A stretch of 43,569 nt of DNA from an uncultured Candidatus Saccharibacteria bacterium (GCA_964500715.1 CAZCNC010000001.1:1-43569); one strand, 5' to 3'. Positions 25,038 through 35,399 are shown, counted from the first letter of the stretch. Translations and numbers: made by a program. The notes: generated by a model from the letters alone, not told the origin.

Positions 25038-26402
25038 TTAGTTTCCTGTTGGAACTGTTACTGTAGTTTGCACTCCAGAATTTAAACTTTGATTTAATCT
25101 ATTTAAAAGAAATTCTAAATTCCCATTAGCTCTGTCGTATGCACCTTCTTCATCGGCCCCGCCAGCTAATATACTTTGAGTTAGTTCTCTAAATATTCCC
25201 AGTGTTTGTGTCTTATCTGGATCCAAAAATGAAACACTACGTAGTGCACCAGCTTGCAATGTACTTTGATATGCCAAAGATGGGTCAGCTGCCTGTTTTA
25301 AATCTGCGGCATAAACTGGTGGCAGCGATAATATTTTAGCAATTTGACCTGCGTGATATGGGCTAGCAACTGTTTGCATTGTTAAAATTGCTGTTATTTT
25401 ATTGGTTGAATATTTAGAAAGCGCTAAACCAGTAAGATGCGCGTATGTTTTTTTATTTGTGGCGCCGCGTGGTTGTGGTATATCAGTTTATGCTAAAGAA
25501 AGATTTGGGTTTCTTTCTCGAAGGTTAAACAGTTCGCTTGCGAAACCAGGATAAAAAACGATGCGTTCAGTTAAAAATGAACTTGTAGCATCTGGTAAGC
25601 TTTTGTTCCATGAATATACAAATGTATCAGGTGAAGCAAAGTCTGTAAAAAAAGTTGTAACCGCCGGCAAGGATAGACCAAGTGACGTTCTGTGTGATGC
25701 CAATGTGGAAACATAGTAGCCTTCGTTATTTATAGCAACAATTGGGTTTCCAACTTGAGCTAAAAGCAGTATTATTACATCTTTTGCATGACTATAATTT
25801 TCAAACCTTCCAAATGGAATTGTGCTTTGTAGAAATGCTCCAGTTGTGTCACGTTTTGTTAAAGTCTCAGCTAGTGTATTAAATTCATCCCAGTATTTTG
25901 GTGGAGTCGCAATACCATCGTTTGCTAAAAGTGTTTTGTTGTAATACAAAACCATTGGGTCAATTAAAAAAGGATAAGCAAGAACGCCTTTAGGTGATAG
26001 GAAAATAGAGAATGCTCCGGCGTAACTTTCTAAAAATGTTTTTTGAGGTAAAGTAGTATAACTGACTGGTTCAATTTGAGCACTAAAACGAAGTACATTT
26101 TCATTATCTACAAAGAATAAGTCTGGTGCAGTACCGTCAGCAAAAGCTTCTATTAATTCAGATTCGTAAGTTGATTTATCTTTGGCAATATAGCGAATAT
26201 GGAAATCCTGTATACCATCAGCCAAATCTGTCATGTAAGAAACAAAGTTTGGGTCACTAATTGTGCCCCAAATTACAACAGTTCCACTGCCTTTTACGCT
26301 ACTTTTACCAGACGGAGTTGGGATATAACCAGCAAAAACCATAACTGCTAAGATTGCTCCGACTCCAAATACTATTAACAAAATTGTTTGAAATTTTTTC
26401 AT
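25038..26402 (-). pseudogene. Family-1-type extracellular solute-binding protein gene interrupted by one in-frame TAA (25488-25490)
   Basis: ORFs 25488-26402 and 25038-25379 share a frame. The 36 codons between them are open. The join reads ..NLSLA*TDIPQPRGATNKKTYAHLTGLALSKYSTNKITAILTMQTV.., continuing the SBP fold pattern. The total is 455 codons. Confidence 0.8.
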
Positions 26403-26407
26403 AATTA

Positions 26408-26926
26408 TTATTCTTCAGAATGCAAAGGACATACACCTATAATACCATATTCATCCTGTTTCGTGTCAAAATTTTCACCCAAAAGAAAACCGGCGTGATC
26501 TAAATATTCAAGCATGTCATCAAACATTATTTTTGTATCAGAAGATGTTGCTACACCAAATGAATCATTCCGAGATTCTATAACAAGTAAAATGCCACCT
26601 GGTTTTAAAACTCGTTTACATTCTTTCAAACATGACTCTCTGTAAATTAAATGACGCAATGTATGTGACAAAACAACAGCATCAAAGCTAGATTCTCTAA
26701 AAGGTAAAGGTTTGCCATTGTCCACATTTACAGCTAAAGCTTTTATGTTTTTATTATGCAATGTCTTAACTTTTTCTTGGTTAAGCTCAACAGCAATTAC
26801 TTTACCGTTTGGAACTTTTAAAGATAAAAATTCAGCCAAACGCCCAACACCAGCACCAATGTCTAAAATCTTGGCGTCTTTTTTTACAGGCAGCGAATCT
26901 ATAATAAAAGAGACGCTTGTAAACAT
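26408..26926 (-). CDS. Class I SAM-dependent methyltransferase (172 aa)
   Basis: Motif I ILDIGAGVGRLAEFL and a post-I acidic residue (VIAVELN). The Methyltransf_11/25-like layout includes LKPGGILLV. Confidence 0.75.
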   Translation of the reverse strand: MFTSVSFIIDSLPVKKDAKILDIGAGVGRLAEFLSLKVPNGKVIAVELNQEKVKTLHNKNIKALAVNVDNGKPLPFRESSFDAVVLSHTLRHLIYRESCLKECKRVLKPGGILLVIESRNDSFGVATSSDTKIMFDDMLEYLDHAGFLLGENFDTKQDEYGIIGVCPLHSEE

Positions 26927-26930
26927 ATGA

Positions 26931-29402
26931 TTAGTTTAGTATTGCAAGCGATGCTAATGAATCCCCTGCACGAAGCTTCATAATAGTTACACCTTGTGTG
27001 GAACGGCCCAATACTGGAACAGAAGAAAGGTCTGTACGGATTGTTTGGCCTTTTTTAGAAATTGCGATTAGTTCGCCATCGTCCCCGGCAATACGTGCAG
27101 AAATTATTTCGCCAGTTTTTTCTGTAACTTTAGCAGTTAAAATTCCAGATCCACCACGCTTTTGAACTTTGCCTTCAGTCAGATTAGTACGCTTACCCAA
27201 GCCTTTCTCACTAATTGTAAACATGGTTAAATCTTTTGCATCTTTGGAGATTGAATTCACCCCAATGACAGCATCGCCTTTTTCTAGCTTCATCCCGATA
27301 ACCCCGGCAGCTGCGCGACCCATTTGGCGAATATCTGACTCTTTAAATCGAATTGACTGACCATCTTTGGTTACAAGCAAGACATCGTCGCCTTTTTCAA
27401 GTGCAAGAACAGAAATTAGCTCGTCGCCTTTTTCAAGTGTTATTGCAATTAACCCGCTACGACGTACATCTTTGAAAGATTCATAGGCAACCTTTTTAGC
27501 TGTACCATTTTTTGTAATAAGCATTAAAGATTCATAACGTGCTTTGTCGTTCTTACCAATTGGCAGTATTGAAGTTACGCGTTCATCGCCACCTAGTGAA
27601 AGAAAGTTATTTATTGATTTTCCTTTTGTTGCACGCTTACCTTCTGGAATATCAAACATTCTGATTTGATATGCGCGACCTTGATTAGTAAAGAATAATA
27701 GATCTGCATGAGTATTGGCATCTATTAACATTGTTACAAAATCTTCTTCTTTGGTTTCAATATCAATGGTTCCAACACCACCACGATTTTGTTTGCGATA
27801 CTCTGTTGGATCTGTACGTTTTACATAGCCACCAGCGGTGTAAACTAAAACAGATTCTTTTTCTGGGATTAGGTCTTCGTCGCTCATAGACTTTAGACCA
27901 CCTTTTACTATTTTTGTACGGCGATCATCTGCGTAAGATTTTTTTACACCTTCTAATTCATCAGTAATTATTTTCGTAACTTTTTTCGGAGTCTTTAGAA
28001 TGCTTTCAAATTCGGCAATTAAATCTTGTTTTTCTTTAAGTTCTGTTTCAACGGCCTTGCGTTCTAGGCCAGCAAGTTTTTGCAAACGCATTTCAAGAAT
28101 TGCAGTTGCTTGAAGGTCGCTGAATTTGAATCGTTTTATTAAAGCTTCTTTTGCGGCTGCCCCGTCTTTAGATGCACGAATGATTTTAATGACTTCATCA
28201 ATAAAATCTAATGCTTTTTTAAGACCAAGCAAAATATGCTCACGGTCACGGGCACGATTTAGATCAAACTGTGTACGACGTGTAATAACTTCACGACGAT
28301 GTTTAATAAATTCTTCAATAAAAGATTTTAGTGACAAAGTTTGCGGAATACCATCAACAAGAGCCACCAAGTTATAGTGGAAAACTGACTCTAATTGAGT
28401 ATGTTTGTATAAATAGTTTAAAACTTTTTGTGGATGAGCTCCGGTTTTAAGATCTATTACCACGCGCATGTCACGAGTAGATTCGTCACGTAGCCCGCGA
28501 ATACCGTCTATTTTTTTATCACGAACCAAGTCAGCAATTGATTCTACAAAGTTTGCTTTGACCACACGGTATGGCAATGATGTAACAATGATTTGGAATT
28601 GCCCACCTTTTTGCTCTGCTACTTCGGCTTCGCCACGCACAACCACGCCCCCGCGACCAGTTTGGTAAGCATGTAAAATATCTTTTTTATTATAAGCAAT
28701 AGCCCCTGTTGGAAAATCCGGTCCTTGAATAAATTCTAGTAAATCTTCTGTGGTTGCATCTGGATTATCGTTAAAATGTAAACACGCATCTATTACTTCA
28801 CCCAAATTATGTGGCGGTATGTTTGTTGCCATACCAACAGCAATACCCAGTGTACCGTTTAATAGTAGCCCTGGTACAACTGCAGGCAATACTGAAGGTT
28901 CTTTTTTTGTTTGATCGTAATTTGGACGAAAATTTACTGTTTCCTTTTCCAAGTCTTGCAAAAAGATGCTGGAAATTTTAGACATTTTAGCTTCGGTGTA
29001 ACGCATTGCAGCGGCATTGTCTCCATCTACTGAACCAAAGTTACCTTGGCCAAAAACCAAAGGATAGCGGTATGAGAAATCTTGCGCCATACCAACCATA
29101 GCATCGTACACCGAAGTATCACCGTGTGGATGGTATTTACCCAGTACTTCTCCCACTACAGCAGCAGATTTACGGAACCGTCCCCCAGATGTAAGACCCA
29201 TTTCATGCATCGCAAAAAGAATACGACGGTGTACTGGCTTTAGACCGTCACGAATATCCGGCAAGGCCCGAGATGTAATAACACTCATCGCGTAATCAAG
29301 ATATGATTCGCGCATTTCTGTAACAACTTCGCGTACGTTAATACGGTCAGTCACTACAACTGGCACTTCATTTGGTTCTTTATCTTTTGGTGTTTTTGCC
29401 AT
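26931..29402 (-). CDS. gyrA: DNA gyrase subunit A
   Basis: Active-site region [10 protein letters not shown], the QRDR-like segment [16 protein letters not shown], and C-terminal beta-pinwheel repeats. 823 aa. Confidence 0.95.
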   Translation of the reverse strand: MAKTPKDKEPNEVPVVVTDRINVREVVTEMRESYLDYAMSVITSRALPDIRDGLKPVHRRILFAMHEMGLTSGGRFRKSAAVVGEVLGKYHPHGDTSVYDAMVGMAQDFSYRYPLVFGQGNFGSVDGDNAAAMRYTEAKMSKISSIFLQDLEKETVNFRPNYDQTKKEPSVLPAVVPGLLLNGTLGIAVGMATNIPPHNLGEVIDACLHFNDNPDATTEDLLEFIQGPDFPTGAIAYNKKDILHAYQTGRGGVVVRGEAEVAEQKGGQFQIIVTSLPYRVVKANFVESIADLVRDKKIDGIRGLRDESTRDMRVVIDLKTGAHPQKVLNYLYKHTQLESVFHYNLVALVDGIPQTLSLKSFIEEFIKHRREVITRRTQFDLNRARDREHILLGLKKALDFIDEVIKIIRASKDGAAAKEALIKRFKFSDLQATAILEMRLQKLAGLERKAVETELKEKQDLIAEFESILKTPKKVTKIITDELEGVKKSYADDRRTKIVKGGLKSMSDEDLIPEKESVLVYTAGGYVKRTDPTEYRKQNRGGVGTIDIETKEEDFVTMLIDANTHADLLFFTNQGRAYQIRMFDIPEGKRATKGKSINNFLSLGGDERVTSILPIGKNDKARYESLMLITKNGTAKKVAYESFKDVRRSGLIAITLEKGDELISVLALEKGDDVLLVTKDGQSIRFKESDIRQMGRAAAGVIGMKLEKGDAVIGVNSISKDAKDLTMFTISEKGLGKRTNLTEGKVQKRGGSGILTAKVTEKTGEIISARIAGDDGELIAISKKGQTIRTDLSSVPVLGRSTQGVTIMKLRAGDSLASLAILN

Positions 29403-29407
29403 ATTAA

Positions 29408-29647
29408 TTAATTATTCTTATTCAATGCGTCTTTTCCTTTTTCTAATTCTTGGGAAACATTTTGTTTGGTTTGTTTAAAAAATGACGATACAGGGTTAAT
29501 GTCTTCTTTTATACCATTAAATCTATAAAGTGATCCACCGGTTAGAATTAAATACATAATTGCGATTGTAGCAGTTGCAATTACTGCGCATAGAAACGCT
29601 TTTTTCTTTTTTGTATTTATATCTTGGTTAATCTCCTTTTCAAACAT
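29408..29647 (-). CDS. Small single-pass membrane protein (79 aa), hypothetical
   Basis: One hydrophobic helix ([21 protein letters not shown]), tightly packed between the MBL-like gene and gyrA. Confidence 0.5.
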   Translation of the reverse strand: MFEKEINQDINTKKKKAFLCAVIATATIAIMYLILTGGSLYRFNGIKEDINPVSSFFKQTKQNVSQELEKGKDALNKNN

Positions 29648-29649
29648 AA

Positions 29650-30267
29650 CTATGCGTCAATTATAACAACTTCTCCTTCTTTGCCAGATAAATCTTTTTT
29701 CTTAACTGTTAATTTATCAATTCCTTTTACATCGTCCTGCCCAGCTTCTTTTAAGAAAGATTTAATTTTTGCTTTGTCAGACCCAACCGGTATTATCATT
29801 GCAGCATCCGAACCTACAGCGGTTTTGTAAGCCATTTGGTTTGTTAAGTCTGGTTGGTCTATTGGCACAAAGATAATATCACAAGTTCCAATTTTGCCAC
29901 GAAATTCTGGATTTAACATTTCGTCTGTAGCAAAACCTAGAAAAACCAAATTCATACCATCAAGGTTCATTCGGTAAACTGTATTTATATATTTATCTTT
30001 ACCCAGCGTTACTTCGCCGCCAATGCCTTCGATAGACAAACCGGTTATTTCATAGTTTCCAGGACCATCAATGACAAAAGGCACAGTTGTACCATATTCC
30101 ATATTCTCTGGGCCATTAGCATTATCTAAATGAGTAGAAACAAGTACAACATTAGCCCCAAATCTTGGGACCTTGCCATCTTTTACAGCTTTTGGTGGGT
30201 TATATGATAATGTAAAATCTCCGTACTGAATCTTTAAACAGCTTTCTCCTTGGTATGTAACAATCAT
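29650..30267 (-). CDS. MBL-fold (UPF0173-like) protein with a degenerate metal-binding motif
   Basis: The N-terminus MIVTYQGESCLKIQ resembles the UPF0173 metallo-hydrolase start. The position of HxHxDH reads STHLDNANG. Confidence 0.5.
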   Translation of the reverse strand: MIVTYQGESCLKIQYGDFTLSYNPPKAVKDGKVPRFGANVVLVSTHLDNANGPENMEYGTTVPFVIDGPGNYEITGLSIEGIGGEVTLGKDKYINTVYRMNLDGMNLVFLGFATDEMLNPEFRGKIGTCDIIFVPIDQPDLTNQMAYKTAVGSDAAMIIPVGSDKAKIKSFLKEAGQDDVKGIDKLTVKKKDLSGKEGEVVIIDA

Positions 30268-30275
30268 ATGGGGTA

Positions 30276-30281
30276 ATTATA
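30276..30281 (-). promoter_or_regulatory. -10 box TATAAT, 8 nt upstream of the ATG at 30267; candidate start of the 30267-to-20455 co-directional array
   Basis: The minus strand reads gctataat-taccccat-ATG. Confidence 0.45.
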
Positions 30282-30315
30282 GCTGAAATTAGCCTTATAG
30301 TAAACAAATTTTTCC

Positions 30316-30344
30316 TTGCCAAAGGTCAATTTCTATGCTAGTTT
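30316..30344 (+). promoter_or_regulatory. Candidate rpsA promoter TTGCCA-N17-(TGc)TAGTTT, giving a ~115-nt leader
   Basis: Sequence ttgcca aaggtcaatttctatgc tagttt. This is a weak call. Confidence 0.35.
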
Positions 30345-30465
30345 TAGAGCAGTCTTTAATTAATAGTAATAACTAATTAGCTGACCCTTTCTGGATCCCT
30401 TATAAAGTCAATCGACTGTAAATCCGGTACCAGAAATACTAATTAGCCACAAAAAGATATAATTT

Positions 30466-31542
30466 ATGAGTGATGAACTAACACTAAAGTCCATCATCGA
30501 GGATTCAGCCAATGCTCCGGCGGTTGAAGCTCTTGTTGAAGGACCTGTTATCGGCATCAAAAAGTCATCGGTCTATATTGACCTTGCACCTTTTGGAACC
30601 GGTATAATCTACGGCCGCGAATTTATTGCAGCCCGTGATATTATAAAAAAAGTAAGTATCGGCGACACTGTAAAAGCAAAGGTTGTTGATGCCAAAAATG
30701 AAGACGGATACGTAGAATTGTCTTTGAAAGAAGCTAAGCAAGCTCTAATTTGGAGCGAGGCAGAACGCCACATCAAAGCTAAAACAATTCTTGAAATTCC
30801 AGTTAAAGAAGCTAACAAAGGTGGTCTTATACTGGACTGGCAAGGTATTAGTGGATTTCTACCAGCTTCACAACTTCGTGCAGAGAACTACCCTCGCGTA
30901 AACGATTCTGACAAAGACAAAATCCTTGGCGAATTGAAAAAGCTTGTTGGTAAGAAACTTTCTGTAACAATTCTTACTGCTATTCCAAAAGAAGGTAAAC
31001 TAATCTTCTCTGAAAAAGAGAACAATCCAGAAGAACGTGCAGAAACTCTTTCAAAATACAATGTTGGTGACGAACTAGATTGTGAAGTTTCTGGAATTGT
31101 AGACTTTGGAGTATTCTTAAAAATTGAAGAAGGCTTAGAAGGATTAGTCCACATATCCGAACTTGACTGGGGGCTAGTGGAAGACCCACGCCAACTATTT
31201 AAACTGGGCGAATCTGTTCGTGCAAAAGTTATTGAAGTTAAAGAAGGTAAAATTTCTCTTTCTATCAAAGCTTTAAAGGAAAACCCTTGGGCAGAATTTG
31301 AAGGTAAAATTAAAAAGGGCGACATCGTAAGTGGTGTTGTAATAAAATTCAACAAACACGGTGCGCTTGTATCTATCAAACAAGGTGTGGCAGGACTATG
31401 TCACCATTCTACAATGGGTGGCGAAGACAAGCTTCGTGAAAAATTGTCACTTGGTAAAACATACAATTTCCAAGTAACATTGTTTGAACCAAAGAATCAA
31501 AGAATGACACTGGTACTAATGGAAGAAGGCACAAAAGCGTAA
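30466..31542 (+). CDS. rpsA: 30S ribosomal protein S1 (four S1 domains, 358 aa)
   Basis: Repeated S1/OB motifs (G..V.G.V..I....V.VDL, GLVHISEL). Confidence 0.9.
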   Translation: MSDELTLKSIIEDSANAPAVEALVEGPVIGIKKSSVYIDLAPFGTGIIYGREFIAARDIIKKVSIGDTVKAKVVDAKNEDGYVELSLKEAKQALIWSEAERHIKAKTILEIPVKEANKGGLILDWQGISGFLPASQLRAENYPRVNDSDKDKILGELKKLVGKKLSVTILTAIPKEGKLIFSEKENNPEERAETLSKYNVGDELDCEVSGIVDFGVFLKIEEGLEGLVHISELDWGLVEDPRQLFKLGESVRAKVIEVKEGKISLSIKALKENPWAEFEGKIKKGDIVSGVVIKFNKHGALVSIKQGVAGLCHHSTMGGEDKLREKLSLGKTYNFQVTLFEPKNQRMTLVLMEEGTKA

Positions 31543-31556
31543 TCCATAAAAATAAA

Positions 31557-31586
31557 AACACTCACCAATTCGGTGAGTGTTTTTAT
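31557..31586 (+). terminator. Intrinsic terminator downstream of rpsA
   Basis: Stem acactcacc/ggtgagtgt followed by ttttatttg. Confidence 0.8.
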
Positions 31587-31632
31587 TTGACTTTTGGTGA
31601 AATTGTTATACAATGCCTGAAACTCAAAACAC

Positions 31633-32268
31633 ATGTTACTTCTACAATGGACCTCGGCAATACTTGCCCTGGCAAATAAATTCTTAATCAATGCTTGGTT
31701 ATATAAATTTTCACGTTTACTGATAAACAAATTCCCTAAAAAATACACAACAAAGTCATTTGGTTGGCTGCTGGGAATCACTTCTTCTATATTCGGCGTA
31801 ACTTTTTTACTACTAAGACCCGAGAATTTTAAGATCTTTGTCGCTAATAATTTTGCGATGATTACTTTGATGCTTTATGCATATAGCGTGGCGCGAACAA
31901 AAGAAGAGCATCACTCTAAATGGAAGAACAAGTTAAAAGAATGGGATTTAAAAATAAAAATCTTTCTAATTGCCATCACAATTACTATTTCACTTTTTTT
32001 GATGCTCAAGGAAGAATCCAATCCAATAATCAAAGCTCAGTTTTATGCTGCAGCTGCTGGACTTATAGGAACCCTATTTCTTTCATTTCATAAACAAAAG
32101 GAAACAAGTATTGGTTGGGCACTGTATTTTGTTTCCCATACAGTAGCCGCATATGTTTTCTTTAAACGAGACATCCCGGTTATTGCTGGCTTTCAGACAT
32201 TCTCTGCATTAGTAGCTATTGGTGGAATATTTCACCAAGAAACAAAAGGCGATACCCCATTAGACTAA
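31633..32268 (+). CDS. Multi-pass membrane protein, possibly PnuC-like (weak)
   Basis: About six hydrophobic segments. The resemblance to the PnuC layout (W-containing helices, C-terminal GW..YF) is loose, and I made no firm motif call. Confidence 0.45.
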   Translation: MLLLQWTSAILALANKFLINAWLYKFSRLLINKFPKKYTTKSFGWLLGITSSIFGVTFLLLRPENFKIFVANNFAMITLMLYAYSVARTKEEHHSKWKNKLKEWDLKIKIFLIAITITISLFLMLKEESNPIIKAQFYAAAAGLIGTLFLSFHKQKETSIGWALYFVSHTVAAYVFFKRDIPVIAGFQTFSALVAIGGIFHQETKGDTPLD

Positions 32269-32283
32269 TTCTAATGGGCTTTT

Positions 32284-32847
32284 TTATTTTTGGTTTATAA
32301 CATTCGCGGCGGTTTCGTAGCCAAGAGTTACAATTTTATTTATTGCTTCTACGGCTTTAGGTAATGCAGTTTTTAAAATTTGTTCATCGGATTCGTCAAA
32401 TTCCCCTAAGACATTTGGTTTGAATAATTCACCATTCTCGCCTGTTTTAGAAATTCCAACTCTTACTCGCACATAATTTTTGCCACCAAAGAAATGATTA
32501 ATGGATTTAATACCGTTGTGCCCCCCATCTCCACGGTCATAATTAATTTTTACTGTGCCAATTGGTAAATCTATTTCATCGTGCACAACAATTATTTTAT
32601 TCACTGCATATGGGTCAATTCTTTTTATGCCGTCCAAAACTTTTCCAGATTCATTCATGAAAGTTTCTGGTTTTAATAGCGCCACTAACTCTTCACCAAT
32701 TTTAATAATGCATTTATTAGATAACAAATATTTATCATGCTCCCATGTGGACCCATCAGTAAGTAACCCTAAAACACGCCAGCCAACATTGTGGCGAGTA
32801 TTTGCATATTTCTCTCCGGGATTCCCTAAGCCAATTACTGGTATCAT
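32284..32847 (-). CDS. pth: Peptidyl-tRNA hydrolase
   Basis: MIPVIGLGNPGEKYANTRHNVG with the catalytic His context, and HDEIDLP. The start is set at ATG 32847. Confidence 0.9.
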   Translation of the reverse strand: MIPVIGLGNPGEKYANTRHNVGWRVLGLLTDGSTWEHDKYLLSNKCIIKIGEELVALLKPETFMNESGKVLDGIKRIDPYAVNKIIVVHDEIDLPIGTVKINYDRGDGGHNGIKSINHFFGGKNYVRVRVGISKTGENGELFKPNVLGEFDESDEQILKTALPKAVEAINKIVTLGYETAANVINQK

Positions 32848-32853
32848 GGCCAA

Positions 32854-32864
32854 ATTATAGCACA
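32854..32864 (-). promoter_or_regulatory. Extended -10 TTGTGCTATAAT, 6 nt upstream of the pth ATG
   Basis: The minus strand reads ttgtgctataat-ttggcc-ATG, the same 12-mer as the rel promoter. Confidence 0.6.
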
Positions 32865-32907
32865 AAATACTAAAAAATAAAAATGTTATTATGTCAAATA
32901 ATTTTCA

Positions 32908-32916
32908 TGCTATACT
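32908..32916 (+). promoter_or_regulatory. Extended -10 TGCTATACT, 6 nt upstream of the lepB ATG
   Basis: Sequence tgctatact-agcact-ATG. Confidence 0.55.
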
Positions 32917-32922
32917 AGCACT

Positions 32923-33555
32923 ATGCAAACAATAAAAAATGCTTTATCTAAAGGCTCTTCTCCCTTACCTTCTGGAGCTCCAAAGAAAAAAGAATCTATT
33001 TGGGACATTGTAAAATTTGTAGCCTTGGCTTTAGTAATAGTTATTCCGATTAGGCTGTTTATTGCTCAACCATTTTTAGTAAAAGGCCGATCTATGGACC
33101 CAACATTTAGTCAAAGCGACTATCTAATAGTCGATGAGCTAAGTTACCATTTACGTTCACCCAAGCGCGGTGAGGTTATAATCTTCCGCTTCCCTGGCGA
33201 TCCGAAAGAACATTTTATAAAACGAGTCATTGGTTTGCCTGGTGACACTTTGCAAATAATAAACGGTAAAGTCACTGTAATTACCAAAGAAGGTAAAACA
33301 TTAACACTGGACGAACCATACATTAAGAACCATTCTTACGAATCTCTGGAAGACATAGTTGTTCCTGAAGATAATTTATTTGTTATGGGTGACAATCGTG
33401 CAGAAAGTTACGATTCTAGAATGTGGAGATTCCTGCCAATTAAATTGGCAACTGGCCGCGCACTGGTAAGACTATATCCTTTTAAAGAAATAGATTTTCT
33501 TCCAGGTGAGCATCTTTTCCCAGAACTAAATATAGTAAAAGAAATTAATAAATAA
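32923..33555 (+). CDS. lepB: Signal peptidase I
   Basis: A TM anchor, the Ser box GRSMDPT, the Lys box IKRVIGLPGD, and GDNRAESYDSR. Confidence 0.9.
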   Translation: MQTIKNALSKGSSPLPSGAPKKKESIWDIVKFVALALVIVIPIRLFIAQPFLVKGRSMDPTFSQSDYLIVDELSYHLRSPKRGEVIIFRFPGDPKEHFIKRVIGLPGDTLQIINGKVTVITKEGKTLTLDEPYIKNHSYESLEDIVVPEDNLFVMGDNRAESYDSRMWRFLPIKLATGRALVRLYPFKEIDFLPGEHLFPELNIVKEINK

Positions 33556-33566
33556 TACAGACTAAT

Positions 33567-34859
33567 ATGGCAACAAACAAACCACGCAAAGAAGCATTCC
33601 AAAGCCCAAAAGGCATGCACGACATAATGGGCGACACATATTATGCGTATCAAGGATTTTTTGAAAAAGCTCAAGAAATCGCTGTTTACTATGGGTTTAA
33701 ACCAATTGCCACACCAATAGTAGAATCCCAAGAACTTTTTGAAACTACAATTGGTATTGGTACCGACATTGTAGACAAAGAAATGTACACATTAAAAACC
33801 AAAGGTGGTGACCAGCTAGCTCTCCGTCCAGAATTTACAGCTGGAGTAATGCGGTCTTATATTGAAAACGGAATGATAGCTGAACCTCAACCAATAATGC
33901 TGTATTCTTGTGGGCCAGTATTTCGTCACGACAAACCTCAACGTGGCCGATACCGCCAACTACACCAATTTAATCTAGAAGTTCTTGGAACAAAAAAAAG
34001 TATTGCCGATGCTCTGATTATAAAAACTACGGCTTTAATTTTAGAAGAAGCTGGTGCAAAAAATCTTGTAGTAGATATTAACAGTATTGGTGACAAAGAA
34101 TCACGCACTGTTTATTTGCGCGAGCTAACTAACTATTACAAAAAACATTTAAACCAAATGCCAGCAGAAGCTCGTGAGAGATTAAAGACTAACCCACTAA
34201 GACTTTTAGATTCTAAAGACCCTAAAATGATTGCCATTAATGAAGATGCCCCAGAATCTGTGGCATCACTAAATCCAGAATCTAAAAGACACCTTAAAGA
34301 GGTTTTAGAATATTTGGATGAAATGGGAATAATGTACAGATTAAATAAAAATCTTGTACGGGGCCTTTCTTATTACACACACACTGTTTTTGAAATGGTG
34401 GACGAAGGCGATGGAGAAACAGGCCCCCTGGCTGTTGCAGGCGGCGGCCGATACGATTATTTAGCTACAATGCTTGGATCTAAAAAAGAAGTTCCAGCAA
34501 TTGGTGCAGCAATTGGAATTGACCGCGTAATTGAAGCTCCCTGGTATGCAGGTCTGACACCAAAAATTCAAAAGAAACCGAAATGTTATTTCGTGCAACT
34601 TGGTTTTGATGCAAAGTTAAAAGCGCTGCCAATTATAGACTTACTTCGTAAAAATCATATTCCAGTATTACAATCTTTAACTAAAGATTCACTTTCTGCA
34701 CAGTTAGCCATTGCCGAACGTAGTGGTGTACAATTTACAATTATCTTTGGACAAAAAGAAGCCATAGAGAAAAGTGTAATTGTTAAAGACATGCAAAAGC
34801 ACTCACAAAAAACTGTAAAAATTGATAAGTTAATTGAATATTTGAAAGAATTAAAATAG
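33567..34859 (+). CDS. hisS: Histidine--tRNA ligase
   Basis: Class II motifs (LRPEFT, FRHDKPQRGRYRQLHQ, GGGRYD) and a C-terminal anticodon-binding domain. Confidence 0.95.
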   Translation: MATNKPRKEAFQSPKGMHDIMGDTYYAYQGFFEKAQEIAVYYGFKPIATPIVESQELFETTIGIGTDIVDKEMYTLKTKGGDQLALRPEFTAGVMRSYIENGMIAEPQPIMLYSCGPVFRHDKPQRGRYRQLHQFNLEVLGTKKSIADALIIKTTALILEEAGAKNLVVDINSIGDKESRTVYLRELTNYYKKHLNQMPAEARERLKTNPLRLLDSKDPKMIAINEDAPESVASLNPESKRHLKEVLEYLDEMGIMYRLNKNLVRGLSYYTHTVFEMVDEGDGETGPLAVAGGGRYDYLATMLGSKKEVPAIGAAIGIDRVIEAPWYAGLTPKIQKKPKCYFVQLGFDAKLKALPIIDLLRKNHIPVLQSLTKDSLSAQLAIAERSGVQFTIIFGQKEAIEKSVIVKDMQKHSQKTVKIDKLIEYLKELK

Positions 34860-34861
34860 CC

Positions 34862-35398
34862 ATGAAGCTAAAAATTCTACAAAACCCAAACGTTATTCTT
34901 CGAAAAACTTCTAAGCCAGTCGCAAAGAGCGAGTTTGGTGGTAAAGAGCTTTTAAAACTACTTAAAGACATGAGCGAAACTTTGTTAGTTGAAGGAGACG
35001 GTGTGGCTTTGGCTGCACCCCAAATTGGAGTAAACAAAAGAATTTTTGTAGTTTCTGGTAAAGTTTTTTTACAAAGTGATGTTCAAGAAGAAGTGCAAGA
35101 AGACATTGTTTTTATAAACCCGGAATTTGTAAAAATTTCCAAAGATAAAAAAGTAATGCACGAAGGCTGCTTGTCTGTAAGACCACTGTATGGTGACATT
35201 CGCCGTGCATCACGCGCTACAGTTAAAGCTCAAGACCCCAATGGTGACTGGTTTGAAATTTCTGGTTCAGGACTATTGGCAGAGATTTTTCAACATGAAA
35301 TAGACCATTTAAATGGCATACTTTTTATTGACAATGCGGTAAACATTCGTGACGGTGAACCTAGAAATCTAACAAAGAGCACACCTAAAAAGAAATAA
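34862..35398 (+). CDS. def: Peptide deformylase
   Basis: Motifs GVALAAPQIG, EGCLS and QHEIDHLNG. Confidence 0.95.
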   Translation: MKLKILQNPNVILRKTSKPVAKSEFGGKELLKLLKDMSETLLVEGDGVALAAPQIGVNKRIFVVSGKVFLQSDVQEEVQEDIVFINPEFVKISKDKKVMHEGCLSVRPLYGDIRRASRATVKAQDPNGDWFEISGSGLLAEIFQHEIDHLNGILFIDNAVNIRDGEPRNLTKSTPKKK

Positions 35399-35399
35399 T

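Noticed and set aside
25038-25379. An independent 113-aa gene between the SBP ORF and P5.
   Set aside because: It is in frame with, and continuous with, the upstream SBP ORF across one TAA, and it carries the SBP C-lobe pattern. I treat it as the 3' part of a disrupted SBP gene.
30458-30463. TATAAT immediately upstream of rpsA as another leaderless promoter.
   Set aside because: The hexamer ends only 2 nt before the ATG, which is too short for a TSS at the start codon. rpsA more likely uses an upstream promoter with a long leader.
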